DNA of 64,000 bases from Hemiscyllium ocellatum (GCF_020745735.1 NC_083419.1:28542085-28606084), one strand, 5' to 3'; counted from the stretch's first letter, positions 1 to 12,845 are shown. The notes: generated by a model from the sequence alone, not told the origin. Made by a program: numbers and translations.

Positions 1-690
1 GATCCAAGCCCACCTAACCTACACTAGCCCACTTTCCTCCATATGCCTATCCAACGCCCGTTTAAATGCCCATAAAGAGGGAGAGTCCACCACTGTTACT
101 GGCAGGGCATTGCATGAACTCACGACTCGCTGAGTAAAGAATCTACCCCTAACATCAGTCCTATACCTACCACCCCTTAATTTAAAGCTATGCCCTCTCG
201 TCATAGCTGACTCCATATGTGGAAAAAGGTTCTCATGGTCAACCCTATCTAAACCCCTAATCATCTTGTACACCTCTATCAAGTCACCCCTAAACCTTCT
301 TTTCTCCAATGAAAACAGCCCTAAGTGCCTCAGCCTTTCCTCATATGATCTTCCTACCATACCAGGTAACATCCTGGTAAACCTCCTCTGCACCCGTTTC
401 AGTGCCTCCACATCCTTCCTATAGGATGGCGACCAAAACTGCACACAATACTCCACATGCGGCCGCACCAGAGTCTTATACAACTGCAACATTACCTCAG
501 GACTCCGGAATTCAATTCCTCTGCCAATAAAAGCCAGTACGCCATATGCCTTCTTCACAGCACTATTTACCTGGATGGCAACTTTCAGACATCTGTGTAC
601 ATGGACACCAAGATCCCTCTGCTCACCCACACTACCAAGTATCTGACCACTGGCCCAGTATTCCATCTTCTTGTTACTCCAGAGTTATAG
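1..690 (-). mobile_element. CR1 LINE 3' fragment (RT C-terminus)
   Basis: ORF 19..666 [19 protein letters not shown]...RGDLIEVYK...TRGH, a typical CR1 ORF2 end. Confidence 0.92.
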
Positions 691-2822
691 TGAGAATGAC
701 TTTCCTCAACATCAAGAAAGCATTCAGTTCAATGTGATATCAAAGAGCCTGGGAAAGACTAAATTCAATGGGTATCTCAAAGAAATTACTCCAGTGCCTG
801 GATTCACACCAAGCACAAAGAAAGATGGTTGTGATTGTCATCATCTCAGTCCCAGGACACAGGTATCAAATTAACTTTTCAATTGCTTCATTGGTAGCCT
901 TTCTTTGATTATGAAATGAGAAGTAGGCTGTTTTCTCTTTGTAAGTGTTCAGCTCCATTTGCAGTTTCTGAAATTCCATGTCAAAGTGTATCAAAACTTG
1001 CACCAGTACCAAGTAACATATATACTACATTAGTGTCAAGCAATGACTATCTTAACAAAGAGAGGCCCTTTCATAATTTTCCACTAATGCCACAAGATGG
1101 GCTGCAGTAGCTCAAAAAACCAGCTCACACCAACCTATCAAGATCAGTTAGGAATGGAAAATGTTGAAAATTGCATTGTGTGTTTTTTTTTCAACTTAAG
1201 GCCACCATAGTCATACATGTTCCAGTAGAAGAAGTCTAGAAGAAGAATACAGGAGCCCATGTTTTAACAGCACTTGCAGTCTGATTGTGAATGCTCCTTC
1301 CTCAGTTTTGCTGAATCTTGCTATTTCTATTGAAAAGCTTCACAATGTCAATGAAGAGAATGAACCTTTGCAACATTGTGTTCATTGATGTACAATGTTT
1401 GAAAGATTTTTCTACTTTCTGTTGATGTTTTAAATTGGCTTTAGGGAACACTTTACACCTGCAGGCTTGTTTTAGACACACAAGAGACATTTCAGTTTCA
1501 GGCCTTAGTAACAGGAAAGCCTGTACTGTGTACGCACAGACTGATATTGCAAAATAAAACACCTAAATCAAAGTATAATAATTTCAGGGCATTACAAATA
1601 GTTTTTGCCTATGAAAGAAATGTGACCGTGGGCCTTTGACTACACAGTGGCACTGTATTGCTGATTAAAATTGCATTGTCAATGCTAATCTATCTTTTCT
1701 TTGTGTATTTGGAGTTTTTATCTGCATTCTCATGTCGGCAATAGTGGCTGCAATGTTTTGAAAGAATAATAGCAGGTTTCACAATCACAAATGAAAGAAG
1801 GAAAAGGTCTTACTTTTCCACACGGGGGTAAAAGATTTGAAGGTGTTTTCAACACAATTATACCTACATGAGATGAAAATAGCTACAACTCAACAAACTG
1901 TTGCCCCCCCCCCCAGACAACTATTCCAAAAACACATAAAGATATCAGAGATGCCAAGATCTTTTTTTTCTTTCAGAGTCCAGAATGACTGAGGTCAAGG
2001 CCATGGACAATAAATCCCACATTCCAACTCCTGTGAATGCTGATAATTGCAGGGAACCAGCTGCAAAGCAATGACACCAGTCTCAGGAATAGAGTTGCAA
2101 CTTATTCCAATGTGGTGTTGCTTATCCCACACTGAATTGTGTCCTGTTGCGGTCGAACAATGTAAAGCCTATGGAAAACTCAACCACTTTGTGTGTCTTT
2201 GAAGGTCATCAGTGAAATATTATCTGTTGATTTAAAAATTGGTCATTTCACTGTACATGACTAAGTGCATTGTTAATTTAATGGAAAATGTAAAAACTTC
2301 AGAATATATAAGTGTTATTGTTGAGGATGAATGTTTATAACCATTGAAATATGCTATCCCTTCCATTTATTTAGAAATGGATATTTATTGAAAATTGCAT
2401 TTTGTGCACTTGAGGCTACCATGCACATGTACCAGCAGAGAGATTCTAGAAGAACAAATAATGGAAACAGCAATTCACCTTCTGAATATTCCTTGCTAAA
2501 TCTTGCTTTTTCTCCCCTATTACAGGTAACAGATGCTAGTTTTAACAGTGAATCTTACACCCCCCCTAAGATTATGAAATGAAGCAGTCAGCTTGAGTGT
2601 CACATATTCACTAAATCTCTCTTACCTCAGTAGAGAAATGTGGCTGCAATGTGCATTATGAATTGATGCACAGCAGCAAATAGTGGAGAATTCTCAGCAG
2701 CGTCTTTCAAATCTGCAAACTCCACCACCTACAAAGAAAGATGCAGATATATTAGTTTATGTTATACATTATTTGGCTAAAGCTCCTTAACTAAAAACAT
2801 TCTGGGGAGATTTCATCACTGC

Positions 2823-3052
2823 CTATGTGTGGAGTATGCACATTCTCCCCATGTCTGTGTGTGTTTTCTCCAGGGGCTCCGGTTTTCACCCACAATCCAA
2901 AGATGTGCAGGTCAGGTGAATTGACCATACTAAATTGCCCATAGTGTTAGGTGCATTAGTCAGAGGAAAATAGGTCTGGGTGGGTTACTCTTCTGAGGGT
3001 AACTTGTTGGGCTGAAGGGCCTGTTTCCACACTGTAGGCAAATCTAATCTAA
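2823..3052 (+). mobile_element. 5'-truncated HE1/V-SINE-type SINE
   Basis: V-SINE core GTGTGGAGT..GGTTTCCTCC and (TCTAA)n tail. Confidence 0.8.
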
Positions 3053-3082
3053 ATGCAAATAGTTTAACAGACTATTTTACTA

Positions 3083-3388
3083 GCAGCACGGTGGTTCAGT
3101 GGTTAGCACTGCTGCCTCACTGCACCAGGGCCCCAGATTCGATTCCAGCCTCGGGTGACTGTCTGTGTGGAGTTTGCACATTCTCCTTGTGTCTGCGTGA
3201 GTTTCCTCCGGGTGCTCAGGTTTCCTCCCACGGTCCAAAGATGTGCAGGTCAGGTGAATTGGCCATTCTAAATGCCCATAGTGTTATGTGCATCAGTCAG
3301 AGGGAAATGGGTCTGGGTGAGTTACTCTGCAAAGGGTCGTGTGGAATTGTTGGGCCCAAGGGCCTGTTTCCACACTGTAGAGAATCTA
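3083..3388 (+). mobile_element. HE1/V-SINE-type tRNA-derived SINE
   Basis: GCACGGTGGTTCAGTGGTTAGCACTGCTGCCTCAC head, B-box-like motif, V core, TCTAA tail. Confidence 0.88.
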
Positions 3389-3629
3389 AAACAAAACTTC
3401 TCGATAATCAACAAAGGCCAGCCAATCCTAGCAGTGCCTGTATCCCAGTAGCGAGTATGCTGTATTGGCTGTGAGTCTATTTAGAGGATGAACTCTCAGG
3501 TAGTAACTGCAACTAATGTGAAACCAATATTTTAGTGACTAACGTTTAAGGGAGGTAGATCATTTTCTGAGTAATGCTTAAGCCATGATTGAAATAAGTG
3601 AACTGTTTAATGGACTCTTATGACATTAG

Positions 3630-4108
3630 GCAAAAGTGAGGACTGCAGATGCTGAAAACCAGAGTCTAGATTAGAGTGAGTAAAAAGTGAGGTCTGCAGA
3701 TGCTGGAGATCAGAGCTGAAAATGTGTTGCTGGTTAAAGCACAGCAGGTTAGGCAGCATCCAAGGAACAGGAAATTCGACGTTTTGGGCCAGAGCCCTTC
3801 ATCAGGAATGAGGAATGCTCTCCTCATTCCTGATGAAGGGCTCTGGCCCAAAACGTCGAATTTCCTGTTCCTTGGATGCTGCCTAACCTGCTGTGCTTTA
3901 ACCAGCAACACATTTTCAGCTCTAGATTAGAGTGATGCTGGAAAAGCACAGCAGGTCAGGCAGCATCGGAGGAGCAGGAAAATCGACGTTTCCAGTAAAA
4001 CGTCAGGAATTCCTGACGAAGGGCTTTTGCCGGAAACGTCGATTTTCTTGCTCCTCGGATGCTGCCTGACCTGCTGTGCTTTTCCAGCACCACTCTAATC
4101 TAGACTCT
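3630..4108. mobile_element. Two nested palindromic Penelope-derived mini-elements
   Basis: Inner hairpin ~3680-3920 with TSD TCTAGATTAGAGTGA (3665-3679 / 3921-3935); outer element with TSD GACTCTTAT(G/A)ACATTAG (3613-3629 / 4103-4119). Confidence 0.85.
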
Positions 4109-4479
4109 TATAACATTAGACACTGCAGCAGGTGGCTGAGACACAGAAATAAAGAGAGATCTGGTTCCTTTAAGTACAGAATGATGAAAAATGTACATAA
4201 CAGAATGGATTAAATCACTGCCTTCTGTGCTATAAAATTTCGGTGTTTCTAACCGGGGAGCGTGTTGAGATGCAAAATGTGGGCAATGTTGGAAATTAAT
4301 ATGTATACAAGCGACTGTAACTTGCAGATCCAACCGAGCATCCCCATCATTTGCAGTACCGGCAATTTGTGATAAATGTCTGTCACAGATCATTGATGAA
4401 TCTTGTCCATTTTGGGTGTACACGCTGTTTCTGTATGCTAAAACTCCCTCTGAGCGTTTACAGCTCCCTGTCAGTTTGG

Positions 4480-4745
4480 TGACACGGCGCTGTTTTAGCC
4501 AAAGCCCTCCCACACACGGTGGGACACTGCTGGCCGCTGATAGCCACCTCGGTCGCGGAGTTCCCCGCGGTTCTCTCGCTGTAAGCGGAATGCTGCTACT
4601 AAGGTGAGCTAGCTGCACGTGTGACAGGGGACTCTCTCCGAAACCAGAGCACCTAACTTTCGATCACTGCTTGCAGTTGACAGAGGAAATATTGGGCGAG
4701 TTGCAGTCCCTTCCTGGAAAGATCTTCAAATATGCAAATCTTTAC
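4480..4745. promoter_or_regulatory. Candidate immune enhancer/promoter (CpG-rich motif cluster)
   Basis: NF-kB GGAGTTCCCC 4557-4566, E-box CACGTG 4616-4621, GAGGAA 4683-4688, STAT TTCCTGGAA 4711-4719, octamer ATGCAAAT 4732-4739. Confidence 0.45.
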
Positions 4746-5318
4746 AGTTTATATGCAAGAAAAAAAACGCCGCTTTGTTTTATATTTGTGAATTTTACAA
4801 ATAACCGTCACTTCTCGACATTGTAAGATGCTCGTGCACAAAGAAATACAAATAAGCATTTTATAGGATGCTGTGTTTTGCCAAGTTCATACTTTTATAG
4901 AGAAAGATACATTAGCTATGCTAATCAATCGATTACTGAACTGCGGACAGCAGAATTTAATTTTGTTATTTTTAAAAGAATCGAACTCTTTGAAGTTGCC
5001 AGTTGTTATTCTTACAATGTATGCTGGATTTCTTTTTTGGAGTTGTTGGTAGTAGCTGTTTTGAAATAAAAGGTTTTTTTTAAAATCATGTTTCCATAGC
5101 AGTTGACAACATATGATCGTCAGTTCACTACACTCCATGCCTCATACGGTAGCAATGCAGCAACAGCATTGCTGGCGGTCAGTGATAATTGGCAGGTTCT
5201 TTAGCTCTCTATGGACGTTTCATCTGTTTCTTGACAGTTTGCCATCGCCTTCAACTCTCAGGGGCAGGCCATAAAAGTAGATCCTGAGTGTGCCTCAGCT
5301 AGAACAGAATTGAACCTG

Positions 5319-5432
5319 CTGCAAATGTGTTGCTGGTCAAAGCACAGCAGGCCAGGCAGCATCTCAGCTGTGATCTCCAGCATCTGCATTGCAGCTGTGA
5401 TCTCCAGCATCTGCAGACCTCATTTTTTACTC
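5319..5432 (-). mobile_element. Short Penelope-derived terminal fragment
   Basis: Same terminal sequence family; TSD CAGAATTGAACCTG (5305-5318 / 5433-5446). Confidence 0.7.
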
Positions 5433-6222
5433 CAGAATTGAACCTGGACTGTTAACATTATTTTGAAACTCACAGAACCATATCAGCAAATCAGTCTCTC
5501 AGGTATGAAACATTAAAAAAAGTGACCCTCTTTTTCTTTTAACATGATTTCCACAAAGAACCACAGTGATTGTAGACAGTCTTGTCACATCCTCGCAGGA
5601 TTACACAAGGTCCGTCATCAAATACTGCACTGATTACAGCAGTTTCATGGACATGGCTACAGTCATTTGTTTTTAATCTCACCGATCAATTCTGACCCCC
5701 TCCAGCACTTAGAACAGCTTCTCTCAACTCACGTGGTTCCCAGGATGAGCTACAAGGTGAGGTCAACAAAGCTGAAGTTGTTCTGGCTGGAAAGGAGATT
5801 AAGGGGGATTTGATGATGAGTTGTCTAAGACTATGACAACTTTAGATAAAGTAGTCAAAAAAAATTTTTTTTTCTCCACCAGTAGTCAAACAGGAGACAT
5901 CAGTGATGAAAGGAAAAGGAAATTGAATGGGCTTTTGTTGGGAATAAACTTACAAGATGACAGCCATAGAGTGGATCAATGTGACTGACTGGAATGTTCC
6001 ACAGAGAGCTGGAATGGGCTTGATTAGTTATACCATTTTAAGAGGCCATGTGACCTATGTCCTGCAAAAGCAGGAAAATGCTACGGCTGATCAAAAAGCA
6101 GATTGCTGCTGATGTCCGAATTATGAAAATGCTGGGAGGCAGGAGTGTGCAAAACAACAGAGTGGCCAGCATCTATATAGAGAGAAAATAGTTCATGCTT
6201 CAGGCCTGTGACCTTTCATTAG

Positions 6223-6388
6223 TTTTGCTATAAATTCTGTGTTACAATTGTGTACTCCACAACCATCTGATGAAGGAGCAGTGCTCTGAAAGCTAGTGTT
6301 TCCAATTGAACCTGTTGGACTATAACTTGGTGTTGTGTGATTTTTAACTTTGTACACCCCAGTCCAACACCGGCATCTCTAAATCATG
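6223..6388 (+). mobile_element. Short Penelope-type terminal element with hammerhead core
   Basis: CTGATGAAGGAGCAGTGCTCTGAAAGCTA; flanking TGAC(C/A)TTTCATTAG duplication. Confidence 0.7.
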
Positions 6389-6679
6389 ACATTTCATTAG
6401 AACTGGGAAAAATTAAATGTGTAATAAGTTTTAAGCGAAAGATTAATGGAACAAAGACAAAAGGAATATCTGTGATAGGGTGGAAGAATGGAGGTGGAGA
6501 TGGGTAGTGCAGATGCTGGAGATTAGAGTCAAGATTAGAATGGTGCTGGAAAAGCACAGCAGGTCAAACAGCATCCAAGGAGCAGTAAAATCAATGTTTT
6601 GGACAAAAGCCCTTCATCAGGAATCCTGTATAAAAAAGATCAAATTTCAGATGTTACATATGTACACAGGAACAGGAGA

Positions 6680-7960
6680 AAGTTCTTTTGTCACTTGAGA
6701 CTGATTTCCTTTCAATGAGATCAGGGCTGACCAGCGACCTAACTCCACATACTGCCTTTTTCTCATATTGCTTAAAATCTTCAAAGCTATCAACCTCAAA
6801 TAAAGAATTTACAACTGATTTGTTTGTTGAAGAGAGCTTCAAACTATTACCACCTTATACGTACACACCTTCCTCATTCAATTGGTGAAAGGTCTGGTTC
6901 TAATCTTTGAGACAATGCCCCCTAGTCTGAACCTCTGTATGCAGCAGAAATAAGTTCTTACCTATCCTAACAGTTCCTCTTGATAACTTCAAACAAATTG
7001 TCTATTAACCACAATTAATTTATTCTTCTTTTGTGGCTTACCCTTGGAATCCAGGAGTGATTTTAGTAAATCCATGTTGTTCTTCCTCCAAGGCCAATGT
7101 GTTGGTCTGGTCCTCATAGTACTGCAGCTCTGCAAAGTCTCTTAGACTACACCTGAAATATGAGTTCAATCCCCTTATATTTTGATCCTCTGGATATAAA
7201 GCTTAACAGTCGCTAAGACTTTTTTGATATTTTCTGAAGCTGTTGACAGCATTTTAATGTACTAAATTCCCATTGGATCATCACTGTTCATAACTTCTCA
7301 CCATCTAGAAAGCACTCTCCTACTTTTTATAAATTCAAAGTGGATGACCTCATGGCTACTTACATTGAAATCCATTTGTCACATTTCTGTATATTCTCTT
7401 AGTTTATCCATACCTCTTTGTTTTATTTCTATTACACGGTTTACAGTATCATTACAAAATCTGGACATGAGGCTTTCTACCCCATCATTAACTTATCAAT
7501 TAATATATTGAATAATTACAGTACATTAATTGCATGATGCCAATTGGAGTAACTGCCCATTATCCCTACCCTCTGTCTCCTTCTGCTCAGCCAATTCCAA
7601 AACTCTATCATAATTTGCCTTCAATTCTATCAGCTTCAACGTTAGTTGATAGCCTTGGAGGAACTTTAGCCAACAATTTATGGAAGTTCACGTAAATAAC
7701 ATACATAGTCATTTCACTCTCCACTGTTTTAATTATTTCTTCAAAAAATTCAAGTTCATAAGACATGTCTTACCTTTTACAAATTTACACTCTCACTCTG
7801 ATGAACTGAAAAATTTCAGTGTTCAATCACTCTATCTTTAATTAAAGATTTTAAATTATCCAAAAACATTAGATTGTAATCCTCTAATTTCCCTCAACCT
7901 TCTTAAACAGACAATATGATCAATTTTCTAATCTAAAGGAACAATTCTCAAATCGAAAGA
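6680..7960 (-). mobile_element. Old degenerate CR1 LINE fragment
   Basis: Decayed similarity to the CR1 RT antisense sequence; no intact ORF. Confidence 0.55.
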
Positions 7961-8049
7961 ACTTTAGATTAGTCAGAATGAGGGAGTAGGTACCAAATTA
8001 AGAAGCAGAATCTCAAAGGTCACAATCTCTGCATTATCACATGTGCCAC

Positions 8050-10790
8050 ATCCAAATTAGCATGGGGCAAATCAAATGAGAGAGCTGAATCCACATCCAA
8101 AAGACTGCTTGGGAAAAGGTGGTTCTAGTTCATAGCATCACTGCATCATAACGAGGGAAATCAGATGGTCTCCATTTGACTTGATCTGAGGACAGTATTC
8201 TTGTCAACTACATAACCAGGATAGTAGAGATGGCTTTAAATTGAATAGTGGGGCAGGGATCAAAGAGTAAAGTCAATGTCAAAGAGAAGTGATCAAGAGA
8301 TAGTGGCAAGAAGAGATAGAATCTATAAATCAAAAAGTCAACCAACAGATAAGACTAAAATCTACAAAGAGATTAAGAGTATGAAACTAAAAACCCTGTA
8401 TCTGAATGCATGTAGCATTCAAAACGAAAGATGAACTGAGAGTGCAAATAACAATGAACAAGCACAATCTGGCATAGTTACAAATCCACGGTTGCAGGGT
8501 GACATGAATTGATATCTGACTGTTGAAGACTACATGGCATTTAGGAAGGACAGGATGGTAGCAAAAAGGGGAGAGATGACTGGGTTAGCAAATGATAGTT
8601 TGAGGGAGAAAGGAGCAAATCCAGAAGGATGTTCTAAAAATTAAATAAGGGCTGCAATGAGAGCATGAAAGCAAAACTGGCTAAAGCAAATTGGCATAAA
8701 AAAATAGGTCAATAGAGATGCAGAGATAGACATTTAAAAGAATATTTCATGATACTCAGAATAGATACATTCCACTGAGTAGGAAAAAAAAATCTAATTC
8801 TAACCATCCGTGGTTATTGAGAAATGATAAAGATAGTATCATGCTTAAAGAAAAAGCATATCATTCTGCAAAGATAGGGGCAGTTTAGAAGATTGGACAG
8901 CAAAGAATGACCCAAAAAAGTGAACAATTAAAGTATGAGAGAAAGCTGGTCAGAAACATAGAAGCAGATAGTAATGGCTTCAACAGATATTAAAAGAAAA
9001 GTTAGTAAAGCAAGTGTTAGCCTGATAGAAAATGAGACGAGAGAAGTAAACATGGAAAATAAGCAACGGCAGATATTTTGAACAAGCATTTTGCATCAGT
9101 CTTCTCTAAAAAGGATACAAGTAACATCCCAGAACCAATGATAAATCAGGAAATCGAAGTGTGATCTGAAGTCAGGAAAATCACAATCACCAGAGAAGCG
9201 ATACCAAACAAATTGTTGGATTTGCAGGCTGATGGACTTCATCCTAGGGTTTTGAAATAAGTGGATAGTGATGTAATCGCTGCCTTGGTTTTCATTTTGC
9301 AAAAACTCATTGATTTAGGGACAATCATCTAGATTAGATGATGGTGAATGCAACTCCTTTATTCAAAAAAAGAGACAGAAAGCAAGAACCTACAGGCCAG
9401 TTATCTTAATATCTATCATAGGGAAAACGCTAGAAGCATTTATTAAATAAGTTACAGCAGAGCACTTAGGTAAGTATGAAATAATTGGGTAGAGATTGGA
9501 TTTTATTAAAGGGAATCATGTTTGACCAATCTACTGGATAATTTTGAGGAGGTAAAGTGTGCTGTGAATAAAGGGGACCAATTGGATGTACAGTGCTTTA
9601 GTTTTCAGAAGACATTTGATATGTTGCCACATCAAAGGTTAATGCAAAAAACAAAATCTCCTCGTGTAGGGGGAAACATATTGGCATGATTAGAAGATTG
9701 GCTGGCTAACAGGAAGCAGAGAATTGTGATAGGTTGAGTTTTTCTATATTGGTAAGATATCATGCATGGTAAACCACAGGGATCAATTTTGGGACATCAA
9801 AGTTTCCAATAAAAGGAGGAAGACAGACAAAGAGTAGCAACCACATGGTCAGTGAGGAAGAGAGAGAGAGGGAGCTACACTGCTGACACAGCAGTGAACC
9901 TGCACAATTACTGCCTCTGCTGTTTGAGTTCATGTATTCCTGGATGTCAGAGTGTGTCCAGGAAAAATTAACAAAACAGTGAAATGCACAGCTGCCAAGG
10001 AAGTGATAGAGGCTGGTACAAATACAACATTTAAAAGAATGGAGATATGAATAGGAAGGGTTTTGAGGGATATGGACCAAGTGCTGGCAAATGACTAGAT
10101 TAGGTTAGGATATCTGGTCGGTATGGACGAGTTGGACCGAAGGGTCTGTTTCTCTGCTGCATATCTCTATGACTTAGATGAAGGGACAGAAGGCATTTTT
10201 GTCAAATTTGTTATTGACACAAAGATGGGTAGGATCTTAACTTGTGAAAAGGAGGGTACAAAAAGGTATTAATAGGTTAAGTGAGTGAACAAATTCTTAA
10301 GTGAGCAAAGATGTAGGAAATTGAGTGTAACATGGAAAAATGTGAAAATGCCCATTTTGGCAAGAAGAATGAGGAAGAAGCACTTCTTATGAATGGTGAG
10401 AAGTTGCAGAGCTCAGATGCAAAAGAATCTGAGCACCTTTGTACACGAATCATAAAAGTTTAGTATGCAAATAATTAGGAAAGTTAATAAAATGTTACCA
10501 TTTATTGCAAGAGAAATTGAATACAAAAGTAATTGTGCTTCAATTATGCAGCTGGGGAGTTCACTGCACAGTACTCGTGAACTTACTTAAACACATTGGA
10601 GGCAGTTCAGAGAAGGTTTACTTGGAATGAGTAGGTGGATTTTTGAGGAAAGGTTGGACAGGTTTAGCTTGTATCCATTGGAATTTAGAAGAGAATACTT
10701 GATCAAAACGTAAGGGTCTTGACAGAGTAGATACAAGAGAGGATATTTCTTGTTATGGGAGAATCCAGTACTAGGTTAAAAGAGATTAGC
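8050..10790 (+). mobile_element. Old degenerate CR1 LINE (endonuclease-RT region) with nested fragments
   Basis: Decayed motifs (YRPVIL-S..GK.LE, GIMFDQ/LLD, FQKTFD.LPH, WLEDWL.NRKQR); a CR1 tail fragment at ~9990-10172. Confidence 0.65.
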
Positions 10791-10799
10791 TGAATCATT

Positions 10800-11627
10800 T
10801 TTAGCTGACGACACCCCTGTTGTAGGCGGATAGCAAACAATGAGGTGACAGAATACAGGAAAGAGGTAGAGTTCTTGGTGGTGTGGTGGAAAGATAACAA
10901 TCTCTCCCTCAATGTCAGCAAAACTAAAGAGCTGATCATTGACTTCAGGAAACGAGGAGGGCAAGCCCCTATCAGATTAATGGAACTGAGGTAGAGATAG
11001 TTGAAAGTGTCAAGTTCTTAGGAGTGACAATCATCAATAACCTGTCCTGGACCACCCACACTGATGCAATAGGCAAGAAGGCACAACACCTCTTCTTCTT
11101 CATCAGAGTGCTAAGTACATTCAGCACGTCAAAAAGCGCACTCACTATCTCTCACAGATGCACTATGGAAAGCATTATCTGAATGCATCATGGTTTGGTA
11201 CAGTAACTGCTCTGCCCAGAACTAAGAAACTACACAGAGTTGCGAACACAGCCCAGTCCATGACGCAAGCCAACCTTCCATCTATTGACTCCATCTACAC
11301 GTAGCCAACAAAGACTCCTCCCACTCCAGTTATAATCTCTTGCGACTTCTTCTGTCAGGCAGAAGATACAAAAACTTAAATGCACATACCAACAGGTTTA
11401 AGAATAGCTTCTTCCTCGCTGTTATTAGACTTCTGAATGGACCTCTCAAATTTCAAAACCAATGTTGATATGAATTTTGGTGCACCTTCTTTGCAGCTGT
11501 AACTTTGTATTCCTCGCTCAGTTCAGTCACCCAATGATCTTTGTATGATATGATCTGCCTGTACAGCATGCAAAACAAAACTTCTCACTGGTTCTTAGGT
11601 ACGTTACAATAATAAACCAAATCAAAT
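10800..11627 (+). mobile_element. Rex1/Babar-like LINE 3' fragment
   Basis: Translates ADDTPVVG..EYRKEVEFLVVWWKDNNLSLNVSKTKELIIDFRK; AATAAA near the 3' end. Confidence 0.7.
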
Positions 11628-12575
11628 ATGGAGTCTTTGGAATCATCCTCCTGAAAAGATGGTGGAAAGAGAGTTTGAATATTTTGACAGCAGAGGTAGA
11701 TAGATTCTCATTAAGCAAGGAGCTGAAAGAAAATCAGAGGTAGTTGGGAATGTAAATTTGAGGTACAATCAGATCAGCCATAATCTTATTAAATGTTGGG
11801 TTATTTGGTGAGAATATTTTCAATGCTTTTTCATTTGAAATCTTGAAATGGAAACCATCTGGTCTTGCGTATTTATCACTGTTATATGCAATTAATTTCT
11901 TCAATACAATTACTTTGTTTACATTGACTCAAAACGAATAGTGTCCCTTATTCAACATTAGATTGAGGGGTGCTATTATTATAAATACTTATTCAAGGTT
12001 GTATTTCAGCATGTCCACCATTCACTTATCATTAATAATACAACATGCTTTCAAGAAATACAGCTTGCTTACAATCACCCACTTTTTACTAATGCAATTG
12101 TAAAACTTGTTGTTGGTTTTAATATGCATCACAAGCCTTTCATTTTCCCTTTTGTAGCTTATATTGGTCATTCTTTGCATCATTTATCAGGAGCTGTGCT
12201 GTTCTCACATTTTAATTTATTTTATATTATCACTCATCTCCTTAGCTGTGTATGACTATCTTTGATGGCAAGTAGATCCCTTGGCCTTTAGGACATAAAC
12301 ATATTCAACATTATGATCTTTTGATAACTGTACTGCCACAGCTTTAAAAAAAATTTACTCATCAACAGTTGTGCAACATTTACAATGGAAATTCTGTCTC
12401 ATAGCGCTGAAGTTAACCTTACATCAAACATGAATTTTAATAGTTATTTTGATACTGAGACAGTATGTGACTAACGGTGCCCTACAAGAATCTGTGTTAA
12501 GACCACAACTATTCAATGCATTCATTCACAATCTTAAATGGTGGTGTAGAAAGCTGAATACTCAAACACTTTAGC

Positions 12576-12845
12576 AGATTAGATTAGATTCCCTACAGTG
12601 TGGAAACAAGTCCTTTGACCCAACAAGTCCACACTGACCCTCCAAAGAGTAACCCACCCATACTCATTTCCCTCTGACTAATGCACCTAGCACTATGGGA
12701 AATTTAGCATGGTCAACTCACCTAACCTGCACATCTTTGGATCGTGGGACTGTGCAAACTCTACACAGGCAGTTGCCCAAGGTTGGAATCAAACCTGAGA
12801 CCCTGGTGCTGTGAGACAGCAGTGCTAACCACTGAGCCACCGTGA
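12576..12845 (-). mobile_element. HE1/V-SINE-type SINE
   Basis: (AGATT)n tail and reverse-complemented tRNA head. Confidence 0.85.

Noticed and set aside
1302-1562. Minus-strand ORF with KSFKHCTSMNTMLQRFIL, faintly like an IL-10-family helix (IL22/IL26 expected by synteny)
   Set aside because: No phase-0 exon boundaries where IL-10-family introns fall and no partner exons found; similarity is at chance level. A TBLASTN with shark IL-22/IL-10 would settle it.
3666-3930. Near-identical ORFs on both strands (also 13245-13610)
   Set aside because: Artefact of palindromic mini-elements, not genes.
4100-4618. 172-aa minus-strand ORF over the CpG-rich cluster
   Set aside because: Non-ATG start, no recognisable homology, and it ends inside a repeat; regulatory interpretation preferred.
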